Source: a bacterium (GTDB taxonomy: Bacteria; Actinomycetota; Acidimicrobiia; Acidimicrobiales; Bin134). From it: a stretch of 64,000 nucleotides of DNA. Both the position numbers and the translations under genes were made by a program. The DNA lies in NCBI GenBank assembly GCA_026705465.1, contig JAPPAP010000025.1:429566-493565 (forward strand), read 5' to 3'. Numbering within the stretch: position 1 is the stretch's first letter; each line of letters begins with the position of its first letter. The notes under the pieces were generated by a model. That model ran no database searches. It was not told where the DNA came from and was given only the letters and a program-made list of their open reading frames with translations. This document shows positions 1 to 11,719 of the stretch, one piece after another.

Positions 1-358
1 CAAGCAAGGCATCCAGACACCTATGCCGGTTGAAGAACAGGTGGTGTCGCTGTATGCCGGCACCCGGGGCTACCTGGACAACATCCCCGTCGAAGATGTC
101 GCTCGCTTCGAGTCGGAGCTGTTGGAATGGGTCCGTACCCGCAATGCCGGCCTGATGTCGTCGGTGGTCGAGACCGGCGCGGTGGACGAGGATGGGCTGG
201 AGGCCGCGGTGTCGGCCTTTGCCGCCCAGTTCGAGTCGTCGGCCGAGCCCGAAGGCGACGAGCCCGACGCCGAGGCCCAGGCCGCAGCCGAGGCCGGGGT
301 GGTCGATGCCGACCACACCCTGCCCGAGACCGACATTCAGCGGCCCGAAGAAGGCTGA
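1..358 (+). CDS. atpA: F1 ATP synthase alpha subunit, C-terminal fragment (gene begins upstream of window)
   Basis: The frame is open to the window edge. The translation YAGTRGYLDNIPVEDVARFESELLEW...AVSAFAAQFE matches the conserved C-terminal helical domain of F1-alpha. It is followed directly by gamma, beta and epsilon genes. Confidence 0.9.
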   Translation, partial: KQGIQTPMPVEEQVVSLYAGTRGYLDNIPVEDVARFESELLEWVRTRNAGLMSSVVETGAVDEDGLEAAVSAFAAQFESSAEPEGDEPDAEAQAAAEAGVVDADHTLPETDIQRPEEG

Positions 359-361
359 TCT

Positions 362-2739
<2,378 letters not shown>

Positions 2740-2741
2740 AT

Positions 2742-2999
2742 ATGGCTCTGGTTGTCGAGCTCGTCTCTCCTGAGGAGATCGTCTACACCGGCGAGGCCGA
2801 GATGGTGGTGGCCCGCACCACCGACGGGGAGATCGCGTTCCAGCCCGGCCACGTGCCCTTCTTGGGCGTCCTGGTGCCCAGCGAAGTGCGGGTGTACACC
2901 ACTGACGGCGCCAAGACCACCATCGCCGTCGAACGCGGCTTTGTCGAGGTGTCCCACGACAACGTCGCCCTCCTCAGCGACTCCGCCACGGTAAGCTAA
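2742..2999 (+). CDS. atpC: F1 ATP synthase epsilon subunit, short form (beta-sandwich domain only)
   Basis: 85 aa. The sequence LVSPEEIVYTGEAEMVVARTTDGEIAFQPGHVPFLGVL...VALLSDSA aligns to the epsilon N-terminal domain. The stop falls where the C-terminal helices normally begin. Confidence 0.85.
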   Translation: MALVVELVSPEEIVYTGEAEMVVARTTDGEIAFQPGHVPFLGVLVPSEVRVYTTDGAKTTIAVERGFVEVSHDNVALLSDSATVS

Positions 3000-3019
3000 C
3001 AACTCGTTAGTTTGGCGGG

Positions 3020-3880
3020 GTGAGTGCTGCCGGTTTGGGACAGATGAGGATGCTCGGAATCAAGTCAAGAAGGTCGCGGGAGCCGCGGTGGGAGCGAGCG
3101 TTGGTGACTGGGGCGTCCACGGGGATCGGGCAAGCCATAGCCCAGCAGCTGGCCGCTGCTGGAGTGGACTTGGTGTTGGTGGCTCGAAGTGGCGATCGGC
3201 TGGAGGAAGTGGCTGAAGAGTTGCGGGCCAGCAGAGCAGGCCTAGAGGTTGAGGTTCTGGCCGCTGATCTATCCGATCAGGCCGAGCTGGCCGTCGTGGA
3301 GAAGCGGGTGGTGGCCGAGGAGGCGCCCATTGACCTGCTGGTCAACAATGCCGGCCTAGGTTACGAGGGCCCCTTCCACACCCAAGACCCCTCTGAGGTA
3401 TGGGAGACCATTGGGGTCAACGTCATGGCGCTGGTACAACTAACCCATGCTGCCCTGAAGACGATGGTCGATCGGGGGAAAGGTCATGTGGTCTTGGTGT
3501 CGTCGATGGCCTCGCTGCAAGGGATGCCCATGACCGCGGTCTACTCGGCGACCAAAGCATTCATCACCAGTTTTGGCGAGGCCGTCTACGAGGAGCTCAA
3601 GGGCACCGATGTGGTGGTAACCACGGTCTTGCCCGGGTTGACCCGTACCGAGTTCCACGAGCGGGGTCGCTGGAACCTGGACAAGTGGCCCTCGGTGGGA
3701 TGGCAGGATGCCGACGAGGTGGCCACTGAGACGCTGGCGGCGGCGGCTCGATCCCGGCCCGAGGTGGTGACCGGGCGCATAAACCGGGTTCTCGCCGTGC
3801 TGTCGGGCGTTTCTCCCCGACGCATCCGGCGAACACTCATTGGCCGGGCCGCCCGCCGCGCCTGGCCGGAAGGTTTGTAA
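3020..3880 (+). CDS. Short-chain dehydrogenase/reductase (SDR) family oxidoreductase
   Basis: It has the TGASTGIG cofactor motif, NNAG, and S...YSATK catalytic residues. The start is ambiguous: GTG at 3020 or ATG at 3044. Confidence 0.8.
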   Translation: MSAAGLGQMRMLGIKSRRSREPRWERALVTGASTGIGQAIAQQLAAAGVDLVLVARSGDRLEEVAEELRASRAGLEVEVLAADLSDQAELAVVEKRVVAEEAPIDLLVNNAGLGYEGPFHTQDPSEVWETIGVNVMALVQLTHAALKTMVDRGKGHVVLVSSMASLQGMPMTAVYSATKAFITSFGEAVYEELKGTDVVVTTVLPGLTRTEFHERGRWNLDKWPSVGWQDADEVATETLAAAARSRPEVVTGRINRVLAVLSGVSPRRIRRTLIGRAARRAWPEGL

Positions 3881-3896
3881 CCTCTAGGAGAAGAAC

Positions 3897-6017
3897 ATGA
3901 ATACGTGGCGCCGACTCTTGGCCATTGTTGCCCTCGTTCTGCTCTTCGCCTCTGCCTGTTCGGATGATGACCCTGCGCCCGCCGCGTCGACGCCCGATGT
4001 CACAGCCACACCGGAGACGGACGCAGCTGAGCCTGACCCCGGAGAGTCGACCCCCGACTCCGACCAGCCCGCACCGACCGCGGAAGCCGATGAGGCTGAG
4101 CCTGAGCCTGAGTCACAGGACACCGAGCCGGAAGAGGCTGAGCCTGAGCCTGAGTCACAGGACACCGAGCCGGAAGAGGCAGAGCCGCAGGACGCCGGGC
4201 AAACAGACCTAAAGCCGGCCGAGCCGGCTGAGCCGGCAGAAGAGTCCGCTCTGGAGCAACTCCGCCGTCGCATGGCCGCGGCGGCGGCATTCGGGGGCCT
4301 CGTTCCGTCTATGGCCATCGTGGAGGAATTGCGCCGGAACGCCGAGGGGTTCTCCTACGAGATCGGCGAACACGGTGGCACGCTCACGGTGGCATCAATC
4401 TCCGAGCCCCTTACGTTCAACCTCGCGCTGGCCAGGGACGCCGGATCGTCGGGCGTGCTCGGGTATCTGTTCGAAGGGCTCACCCAGACCTCGTGGCTGA
4501 ACGATGAGATCGAGCCGCTGCTGGCGCGGTCTTGGGAGCGCTCCGACGATGGGCTGCGCTGGGTGTTCCATCTGCGCGACGACGTGCAGTGGCACGACGG
4601 CACGCCGCTCACCGCCCACGACGTGGAGTTCACCTTCAACCGGGTCATCTACAACGACGATTTCCAAGCAGCCAGCCGGGCATCTTTCGAGTTCCGATTC
4701 CTGAATGATGAGACCGGCCAGTGGGAGCAGTCGCAGATGACGGTTACGGCATTGGACGACCTCACGGTGGAGATTGTCCTCCCACAGCCGTTCGCCCCGT
4801 TCCTGCGCTCGATGGGCACCGCCATCTACCCCAAGCACATCCTGGAGGGTCCCATCGAATCGGGAACCTTTACGGAGTTTTGGGGCATCGACACTGATCC
4901 CACCGAGATCATCGGCACCGGCCCGTTCACCATCGGGGAATACACCCCCGGGGAGCGATTCGTGTTCGAGCGAAACCCCGACTACTGGCTGGTGGACGAC
5001 GCTGGAGGGCGCCTGCCGTACCTCGACCGGGTTGTGCGATTGATCGTGGAGGACTTAGAGGACGAGCTGGCGTTGTTCCGCGATGGGACCACCGACTTTC
5101 ACGGTGTGTTGGGCGAGGAATTCGCAACGCTCGATCCAGTGGCCGATGCGGAGAACTTCACCCTGCACCGCCGCGGCCCCGGATTCGGCACCAACTTCCT
5201 GGCCTTCAATCAGAATCCGGGAACCAACGAAGCGGGCGAGCCCTATGTCGATCCGGTTCAACTGCACTGGTTCCAAGACGTGGCTTTCCGGCAGGCCGTT
5301 GCCCACACCATGGACAAAGCAGTCATGATCGACAGGGTCCAGCACGGCCTGGGCTATCCGCAGTGGTCTTCGGTGAGTCCGGCAGCCGGTGATTTTCACA
5401 ATCCCGAAGTACGCCAGTACGCCTACGACCTGGATCGGGCCAACGAGATTCTTGACGAATTGGGCTGGATTGACACCGACGGCGACGGCATCCGCGAGGA
5501 CGATTTGGGCAACCCCATCTCGTTCACGATGGTCACCAATGAGGGCAACAGTGTGCGGGCCGATATCACCGGCATCATCCACGAGGGGATGACCGCGGTC
5601 GGCCTCGACGTTGATTTTCAGATTGTGGATTTCGGCGCCATGGTGGCCCAGCTCACTGCCACCTACGACTGGGAGGCCATGGTGGTGGGACTGACCGGGA
5701 GTCCCGACCCCTTCGGCGGTATGAACGTGTGGCACAGCGGCGAGGGACTGCACCTTTGGTATCCGAATCAGCCTGAACCCGCCACGGAGTGGGAGGCGGA
5801 GATCGACGAACTGTACATCGCAGGCAGCAGAGAACTCGACCACGAAAAGCGAGTGCAGCACTACTGGGATGCCCAAGCGATTGTCGCCGAGAACGTGCCG
5901 CTCATCTACACCACGCAGTCGGAGCGGCTGGGAGCGGTCCGCAACGTGTTCGGCAACTACACCCCGACGCTGTACGGCTACTGGGACTTGCGCTACCTGT
6001 TCCGCACCGAGCAGTGA
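3897..6017 (+). CDS. ABC transporter substrate-binding lipoprotein, family 5 (peptide/nickel, DppA/OppA-like) with long acidic N-terminal linker
   Basis: 706 aa. The signal peptide has a lipobox (LLFASAC). A linker of about 130 aa rich in Glu/Pro/Asp follows. The core carries typical family-5 strings (WHDGTPLTAHDVEFTF, GTGPFTIGEYTPGERFVFERNPDYW). An RBS (aggag) lies upstream. Confidence 0.85.
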   Translation: MNTWRRLLAIVALVLLFASACSDDDPAPAASTPDVTATPETDAAEPDPGESTPDSDQPAPTAEADEAEPEPESQDTEPEEAEPEPESQDTEPEEAEPQDAGQTDLKPAEPAEPAEESALEQLRRRMAAAAAFGGLVPSMAIVEELRRNAEGFSYEIGEHGGTLTVASISEPLTFNLALARDAGSSGVLGYLFEGLTQTSWLNDEIEPLLARSWERSDDGLRWVFHLRDDVQWHDGTPLTAHDVEFTFNRVIYNDDFQAASRASFEFRFLNDETGQWEQSQMTVTALDDLTVEIVLPQPFAPFLRSMGTAIYPKHILEGPIESGTFTEFWGIDTDPTEIIGTGPFTIGEYTPGERFVFERNPDYWLVDDAGGRLPYLDRVVRLIVEDLEDELALFRDGTTDFHGVLGEEFATLDPVADAENFTLHRRGPGFGTNFLAFNQNPGTNEAGEPYVDPVQLHWFQDVAFRQAVAHTMDKAVMIDRVQHGLGYPQWSSVSPAAGDFHNPEVRQYAYDLDRANEILDELGWIDTDGDGIREDDLGNPISFTMVTNEGNSVRADITGIIHEGMTAVGLDVDFQIVDFGAMVAQLTATYDWEAMVVGLTGSPDPFGGMNVWHSGEGLHLWYPNQPEPATEWEAEIDELYIAGSRELDHEKRVQHYWDAQAIVAENVPLIYTTQSERLGAVRNVFGNYTPTLYGYWDLRYLFRTEQ
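4092..4186 (+). repeat. Perfect 42-bp tandem duplication (2 copies plus about 11 nt of a third) inside the SBP linker
   Basis: gaggctgagcctgagcctgagtcacaggacaccgagccggaa occurs at 4092-4133 and identically at 4134-4175. It encodes EAEPEPESQDTEPE twice. Confidence 0.95.
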
Positions 6018-6050
6018 GAGACGGCCTCTGCCAACTTCAGGGGCGGGCGG

Positions 6051-7058
6051 TTACCCGAATTCGATAGCAGAGAAGCTGTTCAGCTTGTCCAGTTGGTGGT
6101 CGGCGGTCACCAGCCGGACGGTACCTGACTTCGAACGCATGACCAGCGACTGAGTGCTGGCGTGGTTCTTGTAGTAGTGGACGCCCTTGAGCAGATCGCC
6201 ATCGGTAATCCCGGTGGCGGCGAAGAAGCAGTTGTCGCCTTGAACCAAGTCGTCGGCGGTGAGCACCTTGGTCACATCCCGACCCAGCTTCTCCGCCTCC
6301 TTGCGCTCCTTGTCGTTGCGGGGCCAAAGCCGCCCGAGTTGTTCGCCGCCCATGCATTTGAGTGCGGCCGCAGAGATGACCCCCTCGGGGGTTCCCCCGA
6401 TGCCGAATAGTATGTCGGCTCCCGAGTCGGGCCAGGCGGTGGAAATGGCCCCGGCCACGTCGCCGTCGGGTATGAGGCGGATGCGGGCCCCGGCATCGCG
6501 CACCTCGGCTATGAGGTCGGAATGGCGGTCCCGGTCTAGAATCACTGCGGTCACGTCTCGCACCGGCTCGCTCTTGGCCTCGGCCACCAGCTCGAGGTTC
6601 CGGGTGGGCGAGTTGTCCATCGAGATGCCGTATCCCAAGCATTCGGGACCGTACGCGATCTTCTCCATGTATACGCAGGGTCCAGGGTTGAACATAGTGC
6701 CCCGGTCGGAAACCGCGATCACCGACAAGGCGTTGCCCCGGCCCAACGAAGTCAGCGTGGTGCCATCGATGGGGTCGACCGCGATGTCGCATTCGGGAGG
6801 CGTACCGTCGCCGATCAGCTCCCCGTTGAAGAGCATGGGGGCTTCGTCCTTCTCGCCCTCGCCGATGACCACGATCCCGTCCATCGGCACAGTCCGCAAC
6901 AGCACGCGCATGGCTTCTACGGCAGCGCCATCGGCTCCCTCTTTGTCGCCCCGACCCATCCATCGGGAAGCGGCCAGAGCAGCGACTTCGGTCACTCTGA
7001 CCAGCTCCATCGCCAAGTTGCGGTCGGGGGTCTCGGGCGATGCGTTCACGTTGCCCAA
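6051..7058 (-). CDS. glpX: Fructose-1,6-bisphosphatase class II
   Basis: 335 aa. The strings [40 protein letters not shown] and GIGGTPEGV are characteristic of GlpX. Confidence 0.93.
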   Translation of the reverse strand: MGNVNASPETPDRNLAMELVRVTEVAALAASRWMGRGDKEGADGAAVEAMRVLLRTVPMDGIVVIGEGEKDEAPMLFNGELIGDGTPPECDIAVDPIDGTTLTSLGRGNALSVIAVSDRGTMFNPGPCVYMEKIAYGPECLGYGISMDNSPTRNLELVAEAKSEPVRDVTAVILDRDRHSDLIAEVRDAGARIRLIPDGDVAGAISTAWPDSGADILFGIGGTPEGVISAAALKCMGGEQLGRLWPRNDKERKEAEKLGRDVTKVLTADDLVQGDNCFFAATGITDGDLLKGVHYYKNHASTQSLVMRSKSGTVRLVTADHQLDKLNSFSAIEFG

Positions 7059-7164
7059 CCGTAGCGTTCTCGTGCTGGCGCTTCATCCCCTGCCAGCATG
7101 TTTGTGCGGAATCTGTTGGCCCGTTGATGCGACCGGGTTCGCGTGGTCTGGCACCATTTCTCCC

Positions 7165-7971
7165 ATGGTCTGGTGCTTCCAATGTGGTGCCTCCTACGAC
7201 GAAGACGTTTCGGAGTGCGTGGAGTGCGGTGTGGCCACCTTTCCCACTCCACCTCAGCGGGCCGAAGAGGTGGGAGGCTCCGATGACGAGCAACTGGCCT
7301 ATGAGTTCCACGAGTGGTCATACGACTCCCGCAATCGCCTTGAGGAGGTGCTGCGTGACAAAGAGCTAGAGCACGCTTGGCTGGGTCCGACGCTGATCGT
7401 GTGCGAAGCCGCCGAGGAGGCAGTGGACTTAGCGGTGGAGGGGGTGCTGCGGGCCCAGCTGCCGGAACTGGACAAGGGCCAGCCTGCGGTGGTGTATGAG
7501 CTGGCGGACTACGACGAAGCCCAGAAGGCCGATGTGTTGAGCGAGTTGCTTTCGGAGGGCATTGCCCACGAGGTGGACTACGCCGGCAATCTGGTTGTGG
7601 CAGAGGCCGACGAGGAGACGGTGGACGCATTGTTCGATCGGCTTATCAACGCGGCCGAGCAGCGCCAGTTTGGACCAGGCCTGCCGGGGGTGGAGCCCTA
7701 CCAGGTACTGGAGTCGCTGTTCTTGTCCGCTGATCGGCTCCGCCGCAACACGGCCGATTCCAAGGCGGTGGAGGACTTTGCCAACGCTCACGACTTGGTG
7801 GTGCAGCTCAGCCTGCCGTGGGGGTACGAGCCTGATTTCTGGCGGGCGATGTTGGATGCTTCCGATGGGCTGCGAGAGGCCTTGGTGGCTGGTCCTGACC
7901 CGGTCGAGGGCGATGCCGCGGCCGAGCAGGCGGCGGAGATGCTGAGAGAGCTTCTGCGCCGGTACATGTAG
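7165..7971 (+). CDS. Hypothetical protein: N-terminal zinc ribbon, two tandem ~50-aa repeats and a helical C-terminal domain
   Basis: The in-frame ATG at 7165 lies just past the glpX start; the longer ORF from 6259 is antisense to glpX. It has CFQCG...CVECG (CxxC-x10-CxxC). The internal repeat pair is YEFHEW...LIVCEAAEEAVD and YELADY...LVVAEADEETVD. Confidence 0.6.
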   Translation: MVWCFQCGASYDEDVSECVECGVATFPTPPQRAEEVGGSDDEQLAYEFHEWSYDSRNRLEEVLRDKELEHAWLGPTLIVCEAAEEAVDLAVEGVLRAQLPELDKGQPAVVYELADYDEAQKADVLSELLSEGIAHEVDYAGNLVVAEADEETVDALFDRLINAAEQRQFGPGLPGVEPYQVLESLFLSADRLRRNTADSKAVEDFANAHDLVVQLSLPWGYEPDFWRAMLDASDGLREALVAGPDPVEGDAAAEQAAEMLRELLRRYM

Positions 7972-8540
7972 TGGGAGAGTCGGCTGCACAGGGCTTGGTC
8001 CTGACTCACGGTGCTGGTGGGGATCGCGACCAGCACACGCTTGTGGCACTTGACGAGGGCCTGGCTCCACTACCGGTAGAGCGGATCAACTTCCCCTATC
8101 GGAATCAGGGCCGTCGACCCCCTGATCGGGTCCCCAAACTGCTGGCCTTCTTGCGTGAGGAGATTCCGGCCATTGCCCGGCGTTTGGAGGTTGAGCCCGG
8201 CCATTTGGTATTGGGTGGCCGGTCGATGGGCGGGAGGATGTGCTCGATGGCGGTGGCTGAGGGGATGCCCGCCGCCGGACTAGTGCTGTTGAGCTATCCG
8301 CTGCACCCGCCGAAGAAGCCCGAGAATCTGCGAACTGAGCATTTCGACGCTATAGAGGTTCCCTGCTTGTTCATCTCCGGAGACCGTGACCCGTTTGGCA
8401 CCCCCGAGGAGTTCGAGCAGTACCTGCCAGCCATTGGAGGCCCGGTGACCACCGTTTGGCTTGAAGGCGAGGGGCATGACCCGAAGAAGGCTGATGCAGC
8501 GATCGTCGCCGCCGTGGCCGGCTGGCTGGCAACGCTTTAG
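7971..8540 (+). CDS. Alpha/beta hydrolase family protein (KANL3/Tex30-like small hydrolase)
   Basis: 189 aa. It has LVLTHGAGGD, the nucleophile elbow GRSMGG, and a later GDRDPFG and GHD. Its GTG start overlaps the upstream stop. Confidence 0.7.
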   Translation: MGESAAQGLVLTHGAGGDRDQHTLVALDEGLAPLPVERINFPYRNQGRRPPDRVPKLLAFLREEIPAIARRLEVEPGHLVLGGRSMGGRMCSMAVAEGMPAAGLVLLSYPLHPPKKPENLRTEHFDAIEVPCLFISGDRDPFGTPEEFEQYLPAIGGPVTTVWLEGEGHDPKKADAAIVAAVAGWLATL

Positions 8541-8682
8541 GTGGAATCGCTCCCGGCGAGGTGGCGGGTCCTGTCCCGGCCCAGCCCGCCGTCCTCCATG
8601 GAGTCCGGGCGGCGGGCGCCCTGAGCCGGGCCACCCCCCACCACGCCTCCCCGGAACTTGGCCTCTGGCGCCACCCACCGCC

Positions 8683-10194
8683 CTACTGGTCCTCGGGATT
8701 GAGCTCCTCTAGGGAACGGCGGGTGGTTTCGGGGTAGAAAAGGAGGACGAGGATGGCGACGAGTATCGGTCCGGCCACTAAGACGGTGAACGCGGTGCCG
8801 TAGCCCCAGGCGTCGGCCATGACCCCGGCGGCAGCTAGCCCCGCGGCGCTGCCCGCGACGCCAGCCACGCCGAGCAGGCCGTTGGACTCCGACCTTCGCA
8901 TGGTGCCGAACATTTCTGCTCGGTACACCCCCAGCGTCGGCACGGTCGTGGCGGTCATGAATGTTCCGATTGCGATCAGAACCCACATGGGCCAGCCCGC
9001 CAGGGTGAAGTGCCACAAGGCGAACAAAGCGCCGCCGCTCACGCCGATTGAGGCAAGAACCCGTCGGCCCCGAAGGTCGGCCAGCTTGCCGGCAATGAGC
9101 ATCCCTGGTCCCGCGGTCCAGGCGGTGAGCAGGGTGAACACTGTGATCTTGGTGGCGCTAAAGCCCCGTTCGTCCCGCAGGAAGTCGTTTTGCAATTGAG
9201 AGGCCGGGGCGGCGAACAACAGCACTGCAAAAGAGGTCACGGCGAGGAGCACCAACCGAAAGCGGTATTCGATTGGTGGTCTGGTGCGAGGCTGACGACG
9301 GGCAGTTTCGAACCGCTCTGATTCGGGCAGTCTGCGGGCCGCGAACAACACCAAGGGCAGTCCGGCCAGCGCCACCACAAAGCTGAGCCGCCACGCAGTA
9401 ACCCCCAGGTCGGCCAAGGGCACCGAGCCGACGGCAATTCCCGAGCCCAGTCCGGCGGCCAACCCCAGCATGGAGGCCACAAAGGCCCGGGACCCAGCGG
9501 GGGCTTCTTCGAGGGCAAAAACAAAGATGAGCAAAGCCATGGCGTGGGATAGTCCCCGGGAAATTGCTTGGACTGCGGTCAAGGTGGCCAGATTGGCAAC
9601 CAGAGATGTCGCCGCTGAGGCCAGAATCGCACCAGCCGCGGCATAGAGCAGAGTGCGCCGACGGCCCTTCCGGTCGGCAACCGCGGCCACAGCCACCGTA
9701 ATCAGGATGCTGAGTCGGATCAGCGACAGGGCGACCCCCGCAGCTGATTTGCTCTCTCCAAACTCGTCTCGGGCGAACGTGATGGTCTGACCCAGCAATG
9801 TGCCCAAGAACCCGGCGATCACGGCCAGGGTGGCCAGAAGTGCAACGATCTGAGCCTGCCGGGCGGTGAAGCGGTCGGGGGGATGCCACCAAGGAAGGTC
9901 CCGTCCTTGGCGCAGAGCACGGCTGACTGGGATGGTGAAGAGCACCCACCAGACTGGGATGGCCAGTCGATAGTCGAACCGTTCGGTGATCTCTACCTGA
10001 TCAGAGCCGATCGGCTCGACGGTGACCAATCGGCGGTAGTGATCCATTGGCCCTTCTACTGCGGTAAAGGCGCCATCGCCCTCGGCGCGTTCCAAGACGA
10101 TGTCGGAGCGGGGGGTCAGCAAGCCGTGGGGCCCGTTCAGTACCCCATCGGCGGCATCGTTGCTCAGAACGCGACGAGAGATCACTCGGGCCAT
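8683..10194 (-). CDS. MFS transporter with ~110-aa N-terminal extension
   Basis: 503 aa with about 12 hydrophobic segments. The DRKGRRR loop motif between TM2 and TM3 and a second LADLRGRR motif in the C-terminal half are typical of MFS. Confidence 0.8.
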   Translation of the reverse strand: MARVISRRVLSNDAADGVLNGPHGLLTPRSDIVLERAEGDGAFTAVEGPMDHYRRLVTVEPIGSDQVEITERFDYRLAIPVWWVLFTIPVSRALRQGRDLPWWHPPDRFTARQAQIVALLATLAVIAGFLGTLLGQTITFARDEFGESKSAAGVALSLIRLSILITVAVAAVADRKGRRRTLLYAAAGAILASAATSLVANLATLTAVQAISRGLSHAMALLIFVFALEEAPAGSRAFVASMLGLAAGLGSGIAVGSVPLADLGVTAWRLSFVVALAGLPLVLFAARRLPESERFETARRQPRTRPPIEYRFRLVLLAVTSFAVLLFAAPASQLQNDFLRDERGFSATKITVFTLLTAWTAGPGMLIAGKLADLRGRRVLASIGVSGGALFALWHFTLAGWPMWVLIAIGTFMTATTVPTLGVYRAEMFGTMRRSESNGLLGVAGVAGSAAGLAAAGVMADAWGYGTAFTVLVAGPILVAILVLLFYPETTRRSLEELNPEDQ

Positions 10195-10282
10195 GGAATG
10201 GAGAGGAGTTTAGTTTTGAGCCACATACGCCCGTGGTTACCCATGACTGTCTGAGCGGGGCTGCGGGGACCATACTTGTCGG

Positions 10283-11575
10283 GTGGAGCGTGTCCATCAG
10301 GAGGACTTCGATCGGCAGGATCGCATCGAGGTGCGGGGCAGTGGTCCCTTAGAGGGGTCGGTGGCTATCAGCGGGGCAAAGAACTCGGTGCTGAAGCTCA
10401 TGGCTGCCTGCCTGCTCACCGAGGGCACGTTCACAATCCGCAACGTGCCCGACATCGACGATGTGACAGTGATGGCCGATGTATTGCGGTCGATGGGGGT
10501 CTCGGTCAACCGGACGGACGACGCTCTCGTCATTGAGCGTCCCGCAGCTATCGCTCCTGAGGCGCCTTATGCGCTGACCGAGCAATTGCGGGCTTCCACC
10601 GCGGTGCTCGGCCCGCTGCTGGCCGGGACCGGGCATGCCCGGGTGGCTCTGCCTGGAGGAGACGACTTTGGTCCTCGGCCCATCGACATGCACATTGCCG
10701 GGCTGGAGGCCATCGGCTGTCGGTTTGAGATATCCGGCGGGGACGTCTACGCCACTGCCGACAATCTGGTGGGAAATTCCGTGTTGCTGGAATATCCCAG
10801 CGTGGGCGCGACTGAGAACGTGATGATGGCTGCCGTTTTGGCCAAGGGAGCCACAGTCATCGACAACGCCGCCCGAGAGCCGGAGATCGCCGATCTGGCC
10901 GGATTCTTGAACCATATGGGTGGCCACGTCATCGGGGCGGGTACGTCCACCATCACGGTTGAGGGGGTAGAGGAGCTCCGTCCGGTGGAGTACACGGTGG
11001 TGAGCGACCGGATCGAAGCAGCCACATTCATGGCCGCCCTCGGTGTGGCTGGCGGGGAGATCACCCTGGTGGGCGCCCGTCTCGACCATATGGCGATGCT
11101 GTGCCGCAAGCTGGGGGAGATGGGGGTGCGGACCTCATCCGACCCCGACGGAGTTTGGGCCATGTGCAACGGTCGCCTCCGCTCAGCTGATGTGTCTACG
11201 CTGCCCTATCCCGGTCTTCCCACCGATTGCAAGCCGCTGCTGGTGGCCATGCTGTCGGTGGCTGAAGGGGTGGGGATCGTCACCGAGAATCTGTTCTCAG
11301 GGCGGTTCCGTTACGTGGACGAACTGGTTCGGATGGGCGCCGACATCCGCACCGAGGGCCACCACGCGGTAATCCGGGGTGTGGAACGGCTCAGCGGGGC
11401 GCCGGTACGGGCATCCGACATCCGGGCGGGGGCGGCCCTGGTGGTTGCCGGACTAGCTGCCGATGGCCTCACTGTGGTTTCCGACCCCCACCACATCGAC
11501 CGGGGCTATGAGAACTTTGCTGGCAAGCTCAGTGCTTTGGGCGCCGATGTCCGCCACGAGAAGCCCGGCGATTAG
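10283..11575 (+). CDS. murA: UDP-N-acetylglucosamine 1-carboxyvinyltransferase
   Basis: 430 aa. It has ISGAKNS, LPGGDDFGPRPIDMH and TENLFSGRFRYVDEL, and shows MurA-type EPSP-synthase-fold repeats. Confidence 0.93.
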   Translation: MERVHQEDFDRQDRIEVRGSGPLEGSVAISGAKNSVLKLMAACLLTEGTFTIRNVPDIDDVTVMADVLRSMGVSVNRTDDALVIERPAAIAPEAPYALTEQLRASTAVLGPLLAGTGHARVALPGGDDFGPRPIDMHIAGLEAIGCRFEISGGDVYATADNLVGNSVLLEYPSVGATENVMMAAVLAKGATVIDNAAREPEIADLAGFLNHMGGHVIGAGTSTITVEGVEELRPVEYTVVSDRIEAATFMAALGVAGGEITLVGARLDHMAMLCRKLGEMGVRTSSDPDGVWAMCNGRLRSADVSTLPYPGLPTDCKPLLVAMLSVAEGVGIVTENLFSGRFRYVDELVRMGADIRTEGHHAVIRGVERLSGAPVRASDIRAGAALVVAGLAADGLTVVSDPHHIDRGYENFAGKLSALGADVRHEKPGD

Positions 11576-11719
11576 CGAGGAACAACAGGCAGGCCAGCAG
11601 GGCCAGCGGGGCGGCCACCAAGAGAATCTCATCCCAACCGCCCTGGTGGGCCAGCAATTCCACGGTGGCGATTCTGCCAGACGCATGCTGGATTCGATCA
11701 AGCGAGATCAGAGGGAGGG

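Noticed and set aside
6037-7311. Two long ORFs overlapping glpX: a 424-aa minus-strand ORF in another frame, and the 5' part (6259-7164) of a 570-aa plus-strand ORF.
   Set aside because: The GlpX frame carries clear family motifs. The alternatives are Arg/Pro/Ser-rich with no recognisable domains. Only the part of the plus ORF downstream of the ATG at 7165 looks like a real gene.
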